Assembly: GCA_951406725.2 (NCBI GenBank)
Contig: OX597823.1
Location: 59,396,001-59,460,000, forward strand
Source: Octopus vulgaris
Taxonomy: Eukaryota
Length of the DNA stretch: 64,000 bases
Reading direction: 5' to 3'
A model generated the notes under the pieces. That model was given only the letters and a program-made list of their open reading frames with translations, had not been told where the DNA came from and did no database searches. Within the stretch, counting starts at the first letter, position 1. Each line of letters begins with the position of its first letter. This document shows positions 55,552-64,000 of the stretch, one piece after another. Position numbers and translations under genes: made by a program.

Positions 55552-55556
55552 ACGTA

Positions 55557-55926
55557 TTTATTACCTTCACCTTAACAAAGGCGGACATATTGTTTTTAGT
55601 TGTGTTTATTAGTTTGTACGACCATGGACAAGATATCTCAAGAACTGCCAGATGGATTTGGATAAAACTTTCAGGGATGTTTGACCTCGTTACTGGCATG
55701 AACTGATTAGATTTGGAATCGATCTGGTACCAGACAAGGATTCTGGATTATTTTTCCTGTTTTGTTTACTTAATTTTTGAGAGCAGTCAGGTTCGTTTTT
55801 AGTATTCTTGTTTGTGAGAGTTTATTTCAGATATTTTCATTTTTAAAATCATCTCTGGCTAATCGATGACAGGACATTTGGTGTTGGTTTGGCAGAGGTT
55901 TGCTCTCTCTCCGAGTGCTCTTGTTT
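55557..55926 (+). mobile_element. Helentron-associated (HINE/DINE-like) non-autonomous element
   Basis: 5' ttattaccttcacc with subterminal inverted ggcagaggt, 'ggatttggataaaacttt' body, and 3' short hairpin gctctctctccgagtgc followed by tcttgtt in a T-rich site. Confidence 0.6.
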
Positions 55927-56044
55927 AAATATTGCTCTCATAGCATTTCATTCTTTCCTAAAGATGATGCTTGCTTGGAAAAAATTTGTATAATTTTCTT
56001 CTCTTTAATACACAGTAACCAATGTGTGCATGCATGTATGTATG

Positions 56045-56075
<31 letters not shown>

Positions 56076-56524
56076 GTATGTCATTATTCAGTTTATTTCA
56101 GGATTTCTTGCCAATTGAGAAAGAGTCAGTTTCTAACCTAGATCCAAGGCTTCTTCGTTGGAATTTCAACATCATCAACAGGGTATTTTTGTATGTATTT
56201 TCATGCATATAGCTGTATGTCTAGACATGCTCATATATTTTTTATGTATGTATGTATGTAAGTATGTATGTACGTATGTATGTACACTTATGTGTATATG
56301 TATGTATATGTGTGTATGCATGCATGCATATATGTATGTATTTTAATTCTAGATTTTTTGTCAGTGGAGAAAGCTACATCCCAGGATCTTTCATAAGAAC
56401 TTTAAACATCAGCAGGGTATTCGTGCATGTTTGCATATATGTGTGCAATATTTGAAGTCAGTGCATGCGCACATTTGTATGTCTTATGTATTCTCATGTA
56501 TATAGTTCCATGTCTACTATACTT

Positions 56525-56836
56525 TTAAATGTTAAACTTTTGGAATGTTTTGTATATTTTAACAGTTCCATTGATGATCTTTAATCTTCTAATTACCTTT
56601 CTCTTTTCTGGTTTGGAGAACCCTAATTTTTCAAGAATTGTCTTGAGGCAGAATGTTACCTGCCAACGTGTGCCGATAATTCTGGGTATAGATCTAAACT
56701 TCTTAACCATGGAGGAGATCTGTAAATTTATCAATAGTTCAGCATTAGATTTTTTTCTCTTTTTTCTTTTTTTACTGATCTTTAGGTTTATGTTGACATC
56801 TGCTGGGCAACTGATTTCTGCTACTGTACACAGTTT
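56525..56836 (-). pseudogene. C-terminal restriction-like endonuclease of an R4/Dong-type (RLE) non-LTR retrotransposon
   Basis: KLCTVAEISCPADVNINLKISKK..AELLINLQ..KFRSIPRIIG..LEKLGF..IRRLK..GTVKIYKTF matches the RLE pattern 'I(D/E)V.CP.D.N...K..EK..KY..L...PVIIG.LG'. A probable 3' UTR continues to about 56030. Confidence 0.78.
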
Positions 56837-58817
56837 CTCTTTATGTGTACATGCATGTATGTATGTAAGTGTATGCATTTGGGTGTGTATGTATGGGTGC
56901 ATGCATTTATACATGCATGTTTGTATGTGTATAAATATATGCATCTAAGTATGCATATATGTCTGTATGTATGCATATGTTGTACCTAGGAAGGGTTATT
57001 ACAAATGCACACACACACACAGTGAGACATGATGAATATAAAAGAAAAGAGAAAAGAAAAGTAAGAATATATTATTTGCTTCATCTTTTCCTTTTCTGAT
57101 ATTTATTACAAAATAATAGAATCTGTTGTCTTTCAAAGTGAAAGATTTATTTCTGACACATTTCTTCCATTTTTAATACAAATAGATACACAAACACACA
57201 ACACACACAGACACATGCACACAGATGCAACACACACACATACATACATATATGTATGTATATATATATATATATATATACAATCATATATATATGTATA
57301 TAAATAGACAAATTGATACATACATTCATACATACATATATGATATATATATATATGCACACACATAAATACATACACATATACATACATATATATCTGC
57401 ACCTGTGTATGTATATGCGTATTCATATTCACATATGTGTGCCTTTGTATATATATATATATATACATACATACAAATATAAACCAGCAAAGACAGAAAC
57501 GATTTGACTTAGTCAGTAAAATGTGGGAAATATCAACAAACTTAAAAGTGGCAAATGGACTGAATACTTGAAAAACAACTTTAAAGGTATTAGTTCTCAC
57601 TTCAATTGTCTATAAGTATATGAAAACAATACGACGATGTAAGCCAGAATTGATCCTATGATCAGATTGTTATCTAATCAGTGAAGCTTTATGAAAATGT
57701 AAAATATCCGAAAGAAGTGTTTTTTAATGTACCAAGAGAATAAATAAATTGTAAACTTAAACATGATCACTGTGACCGTATCAACAAACACCAGCTTTAT
57801 TTTTGGATATATGTCTTCAAGGCAAGCAATAGAGAATAGCAGTGAAACATGAATAATAAATAATTACTAAAGCATAATTATTATTATCATTATTATTGTG
57901 ATTGGTTAAGGCAGCAAGCTGGCAAATTTGTTAGCATGCCGGGTAAAATGCTTAGCAGCATTTCACATTCTGCCGACGTCAACTTTGCCTTTCATCCTTT
58001 CAGGCTTGATAAAATATGTACCATCCCATCCCACACCCGCCCGACTCCAACTCACACCCACTTTACCCCAATCACCCCTTAAAGACACCAGCCCTCTCCA
58101 TGCCCCACCTGACTTGAAGACAAACACAAGCACACAGGAGCCCCAAATTTCCCCACCTTCGCCCTTGGAAAAAGCATATATTATACAATGGAGAAAACGA
58201 AGAACTGTATGATAAAATAGACTTGTGGGACAATGCTATAAAAGTGGACGTATGAGGAGTGAAGCGGTTGCCTGAGTACATTTGTTGGGTATTGGCAGAC
58301 CCAGAATATAGGTCGGAATTGAAGAACTATGAGGAAAATCGCGACTAAGTAGTGGGTCAAGAAATTGAACACCAGTTCAATGCTGAAACAAGTAAGTTTT
58401 CGGGATATTTAAAAAAAATATAATGTAAGCATTGTCTGGAAGGATAGTAATTAGCGGTCACTAGAAAAAAAAGGAAAAGCTTTATAAACTATTTTCAAAA
58501 AGAGTTTTGTTAACAGGTTCATTGAAGTCACTCAGAAGTGGGGCCAAATGGCTTCATTTCATCTTTCATTATATTAATTGATTCTTTCCATTCGTTTTGT
58601 TTTTGTTTCTTTTTCTGTCCCTACCTTGTGTTGTCCCCTCCGTGTAAGGCCTCCACTGCCAATTTCATAAAAGGAAGAAGCTTGCTTCCCAATCACATGG
58701 TTCCAGTGTCTTCTGCTATAGCCTTGGGCTGACCAAATCTTGTGAGTGGACTTGATAGACAGAAACTGAAAGTAGCCCATCATATATATATATATGTATT
58801 ATATGTATATGTATATA

Positions 58818-58850
<33 letters not shown>

Positions 58851-59052
58851 GTATTTGTGTGTTTGTACCCCCCCCCCCCATCACCATCGCTTGACAGCTG
58901 ATGTTGGCTTATTTACATCCCTGTAAATTAGCAGTTCAGCAAAAGAGACTGATAGAATAAGTACTAGGCTTACAAAGAATAAGCCCTGGGGTCGATTTGT
59001 TCAACTAAAGATGGTGTTCCACAGTAAAATGATTGTAACAAGTGAAAGAAAT

Positions 59053-59101
<49 letters not shown>

Positions 59102-59974
59102 TATATATTTAAGGAGATTTAAGTGCATGACAAGTGTTTTGATCTGAGATCATGTGTTGACTCTGAAATGATTGCAGTACAGAAGGCACAAGTTAGCCAT
59201 TCAGAAAAACACAAGGACCATTACCTTCACTTAAACATTTATTGTTTGTAATATTGTATCAAGTTAAGTTCTTCGAATGTTCTGTAAATCCTCTTTTGGT
59301 AAATTCTCAGTCCAATGCATTGCTTAATGATGTGAAGCTGACACCATATCACAAACAATGTTTTAGTAAAAGTTCACAGTCTTTGTGCATTCCTGAATGG
59401 CTAATAACTTGTAGCTTCCAAGCTGCAATCGTTTTACACACACACACATATATAAATATATATATATATACACACAGACACTCACACACACACTCACACA
59501 CACACTCACACACACACATATATATATATGTACACACACACACACACAAATACACACACACATATATATATATATACTAGTTTAAAAGCTACACTCTGTG
59601 CAGACTTCCAAGCTAGCTCCTGTGGAGGCTAATTGGGCCTGTGGTCCAAAACTAAATTAGCTAAATAGCATGACTATAACATGTGTATAATGATTCTATG
59701 CCCTGGTGGTGTTTGATCAGAAGTTAAGGTCAGATGAGAATTTATTCTGTAATGCAATCATTCAACTGTTCCAGTTCCAAGCGGAATTCCAACTGTTGGC
59801 CAATTTGTCCTGAAGTTCTTACCTCGATGTAAAATTAACAAAACAAATGTCCTTTATCTCCCCCTTGATCGCTGACATCATCTGACAAATGCCAACCAAG
59901 ATGGTCTGAATCAGCTTTACCTGCTAGATATAGAAACCCAAATGCTTTTAAATCAAATCCGAAAGCTGGATGTT

Positions 59975-60182
59975 TAAACCGGCCATATCAGGCCCAGATA
60001 TTCCACATGTTTTATATTCAAACTGGCAATATCTAGCCTCTTACACCTACCCTACAATGTCATTCTAAAAATAAACAATCACATCATTGAAACCTCAATG
60101 TTATAAGATAATGCATGATTAATTCAAAACAATTTGAGTGAAAAAGTATTACATTTAACAGAGTAATCTGAACACTAAAGGG
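59975..60182. mobile_element. piggyBac-like MITE, second family (left end eroded)
   Basis: Ends ..gtaatctgaacactaaaGGG|TTAA. Left part tttaaaccggccatatc. Confidence 0.5.
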
Positions 60183-60223
60183 TTAAGAACCAAATAAAGG
60201 GCATATATGAAATCCCAGATCAT

Positions 60224-60349
60224 CACAAGACCTTACCTTGGGGCTAACATGTATCCTGACCAGTAAGAGAAATGTGTCAACCTCAATCTACACATTCAAA
60301 TTTCTCTTGCTGGCTGGGATGTGTGTTAGCCCCAAGGTAAGGTCTTGTG
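60224..60349 (+). other. 50-bp-stem hairpin with a 26-nt loop
   Basis: 60224-60273 pairs with 60300-60349: 43 Watson-Crick pairs, 6 G-U and 1 A-C on the + strand. Confidence 0.9.
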
Positions 60350-61182
60350 TTGATATTCCTCTGACGAGATGACTGGATCCCTTAATAGGTCCCTAATGAC
60401 AAAATTGCAATAGGGAATTAATCAGTTATTTCTAAGTTGTGGATTTTATTTGTCATGTTGCCTGCAACAGCTTTTATCGTAAATCAAAATAATATGAGAG
60501 TTAAAAATGGCTTTATAGCGGTTTTGGTTGCTATTTCTAAACATGTAAGGGTTTTGAAACCCTTTTAGTTATAATTGTGATTTGTTCATAATTATAAACA
60601 TTCTTCTTATATATACACTTATACATATATCTACACACACAGGCACACACACACACATGCAGGTGTGATTGGTGTTAGGAAGGGCATCCAGTCATAAAAC
60701 CCTGCCAAAACAGACACCATAGCCTACGATAGTTTTCAACCTGGCCAGCTCTTGTCAGCCATCGTACCCGTGCCTGCACAGAAGATGGACGTTAAATGAT
60801 AATGATGATGATGATATATGCTCAAACACACACATATTGCTACGTATTTATGACACTATTTTAAAAGTACGATCAAGATACACTCAAAACTTTGCATGCT
60901 TTCTGCTCCTAAAGATTATTTTTCCTCACCTAAAGCCTTGAGAATAAAATAAACAGGTGAATGAATCATTCAACATGTCACACTCATTCTAGCTTTTCTT
61001 ATTAAAATGTCGAGAAGCCTATTGAGTTAGTAATAAGAAATAAAAACTTTAATGGACATATGATTGAAAAAGAAATTAAAATGCTACAAATTTTAATATA
61101 TTGTGAAGTGTCTTCAAAAATTTGAAACTTTGCCTAGATAAATAAATAAATATTTAAATATAACTAAATAAGTAAATAGGTG

Positions 61183-61275
<93 letters not shown>

Positions 61276-61430
61276 ATATGTGTGTGTGTGTGTGTATGTA
61301 TGTGTGTGTGTGTATATATACATATATATGTATTTATATGTATGTATATATATGCATATATGTATATATATGTATATATTTTTAGATGTATATATATTTA
61401 TACATGTATATTTATGTATATATAAATTTA

Positions 61431-61461
<31 letters not shown>

Positions 61462-61476
61462 GTAAATATATGTATG

Positions 61477-61554
<78 letters not shown>

Positions 61555-61931
61555 CATACATACATATATACATATATCATAAAGAGAAGTAAGCTCTGAG
61601 GTGTAAAAAATATAAAATTGAAGCTATCCACTAAATATGTTTCAGGTTGTGTAAATGAGACAAATACATTTTGAAAGGAAAATGTGTGAAAATAAAGAAA
61701 TTAACACTGTAAAAGCTGGTTAAAGGTGCATGGAATTTATTTTCAATTATCCAGAAATAAATTATACTGATATCTTATGTACTTGTGAAATAGATGTATT
61801 TTATTGCTAATGGTTGCACCAAGAAATGACAATTTTCTTTCCAGGAATTTTAATGAAACACCAAAGCTGGCAAACATCTCATAAATTTGTATTCTTGTAT
61901 TTAGTAGTGAAAATTTTTATTTTACATGTAT

Positions 61932-61967
<36 letters not shown>

Positions 61968-62016
61968 ATTTCTCTATGCCTATTTATCTATCTGCATATA
62001 TGTATGTAGATATGAA

Positions 62017-62459
<443 letters not shown>

Positions 62460-63389
62460 GGATAGATAGATAGATAGAACCTTTACTGGAATGAATCTTC
62501 TCCTCATTGTAGCTTTTTGAATTTGTATCTATGTCTTCAAACTTCAAGGTTCCTTCAAAACTATCATTGAGGTCTTTACATTATTTTACATTCGACGGAT
62601 ATTTGTCCTCATCTTGTTTGTGTCATTGAAGTAGTCATGCATGTAAGTGTTCTCTTTGATCTTTAATTACTTGAAGTTTTCTTGAAAGGAAAGAGCTAGT
62701 TACTAACAATGATACAAAGAAAGCTTCAGTGTTGAAAAGTAAATAAGAAAAACGATGTAACACTTTGAACTTGAGAAGAAGTACTGCATATTTTTACTAT
62801 TCCGCTTACTGGTTCTATTTGTAATGCACATGTTAATTGGTTGATTTCTTTATCTGATAACCCCAGTCTATCCCTTTGTATTATACCTTTGGCATTTACT
62901 CTCAAAACCAAGTGCACTAATTATTATTAGTATAAACAAGCAAAATGGACGGTGCTGAGTTGTCAAACATTTAAACCAAATTTTCTCAAAACAACTTGTC
63001 CTACCATCCCATAAGCCTCCCCTGATTTAATCTAAATTTGAGACACCAGCAAAAGAAGAAATAAAGATACACTTTTTTCTATTCCAAAGAAAAACGATTT
63101 TATTCACACAATTAAGCATGCCTTTATTTCCATAAAATTTTTGATTTTGTTATACGAAGTTAAGGCAAAAAAAAAACTTCTTGAGAAACCAAATAGTCTT
63201 TCCTTCCTTCATGCCAAATTTTAAGAAAATATCTCTTTTGCATCTTACTTTTTTGGTCTCTTAAATATACTGCATTTTGTGGCATTATTTCAAGCCAGCC
63301 CGCTTTTTTTGCACAAACTGCCCGTGCATTTTTCTCGTGTATGTGTAGTATCGATCGCAACAGCTGATGTACTTGCACATACAAACGCA

Positions 63390-63571
63390 CGTTCCCACGG
63401 CTTTACCGATCGCATTCTCACCTGGAATCGATTTTTGTAATTTTTCAAGACTTATACACGCCCTGATACCGTCGGTATCTACATATCAAATTTGACCGCA
63501 ATCAGATGAAAGATGCCCGAGATCCTAGAAGTCACACACACAGACAGACAGAACGGATTTTATATAATAGA
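63390..63571 (-). mobile_element. Helitron-like non-autonomous element, 5' end
   Basis: Minus strand A|TCTATTATATAAAATCCGTT(CTGT)n..gattgcggtcaaatttgat is typical of short Helitron 5' ends. The 3' CTRR end was not located. Confidence 0.55.
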
Positions 63572-63788
63572 TGATCCAACTCTTTAAATTCCGAGGACAA
63601 ATTCCATTGAGGTCAACTTCATATTTTATCCTTACTATGTTGATAAAAATAAGAACTAGTTCAACACTAGGGATGATGTAATTGTCAAGCACCCTCCCAA
63701 AAAGTTCAGGCTTTGTGCCCATAGTAAAAAAAAAGTATTGCTTTAAATGTGAATCTATAATCTAGGTATAGAAGCTGAAGGCTTAGAA

Positions 63789-63973
63789 CAGTGCTTCGCA
63801 ACTGGTATGCCATGGCACACTGGTGTGCCACAAGATGATGCTAGGCATGCCGCAGTGTAACCTGAATATAATTATTTTTCCCTATACTTTTAGTTATATT
63901 TTTAATTCAGGTGTACCACCGAATTCTGGAAAGAATATAAGGGTACCACAAGTGAAAAGGTTGCAGAGCACTG
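63789..63973. mobile_element. hAT-like MITE
   Basis: TIRs CAGTGCTTCGCAAC / GTTGCAGAGCACTG. 8-bp flanks gcttagaa / gttcagaa match at 6/8. Confidence 0.72.
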
Positions 63974-64000
63974 GTTCAGAAGCAATTGTCCATATTTATC

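Overview
This is AT-rich, repeat-dense eukaryotic DNA, not prokaryotic. The SINE families and microsatellite load resemble an octopus/cephalopod genome (inference from recalled repeat families, not a database hit). I find no intact host protein-coding gene. Most supplied ORFs are artefacts of (TA)n/(CA)n/(ATGT)n/(GAT)n tracts. Transposon content is rich: a full-length but decayed maT (DD37D) Tc1/mariner element, two mariner 5' fragments, a Penelope-like GIY-YIG endonuclease remnant, an R4/Dong-type restriction-like-endonuclease LINE fragment, a solo LTR with TSD, Kolobok/hAT/piggyBac-like MITEs, Helitron/Helentron-like elements and at least four tRNA-derived SINE families. The most notable observations are: a complete type I hammerhead ribozyme (minus strand, 36219-36309) inside a short non-coding Penelope-like unit, plus a second minimal hammerhead 0.8 kb away; a 50-bp hairpin at 60.2 kb whose mismatches are nearly all G-U on the + strand; retroelements sitting inside microsatellites; a 537-bp palindrome and a 1.26-kb tandem duplication (either may be an assembly artefact); and an apparent CpG-depleted / CpG-retaining / CpG-depleted domain layout. 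I cannot support a wholly new biological system. The best candidate is a ribozyme-bearing non-autonomous retroelement.
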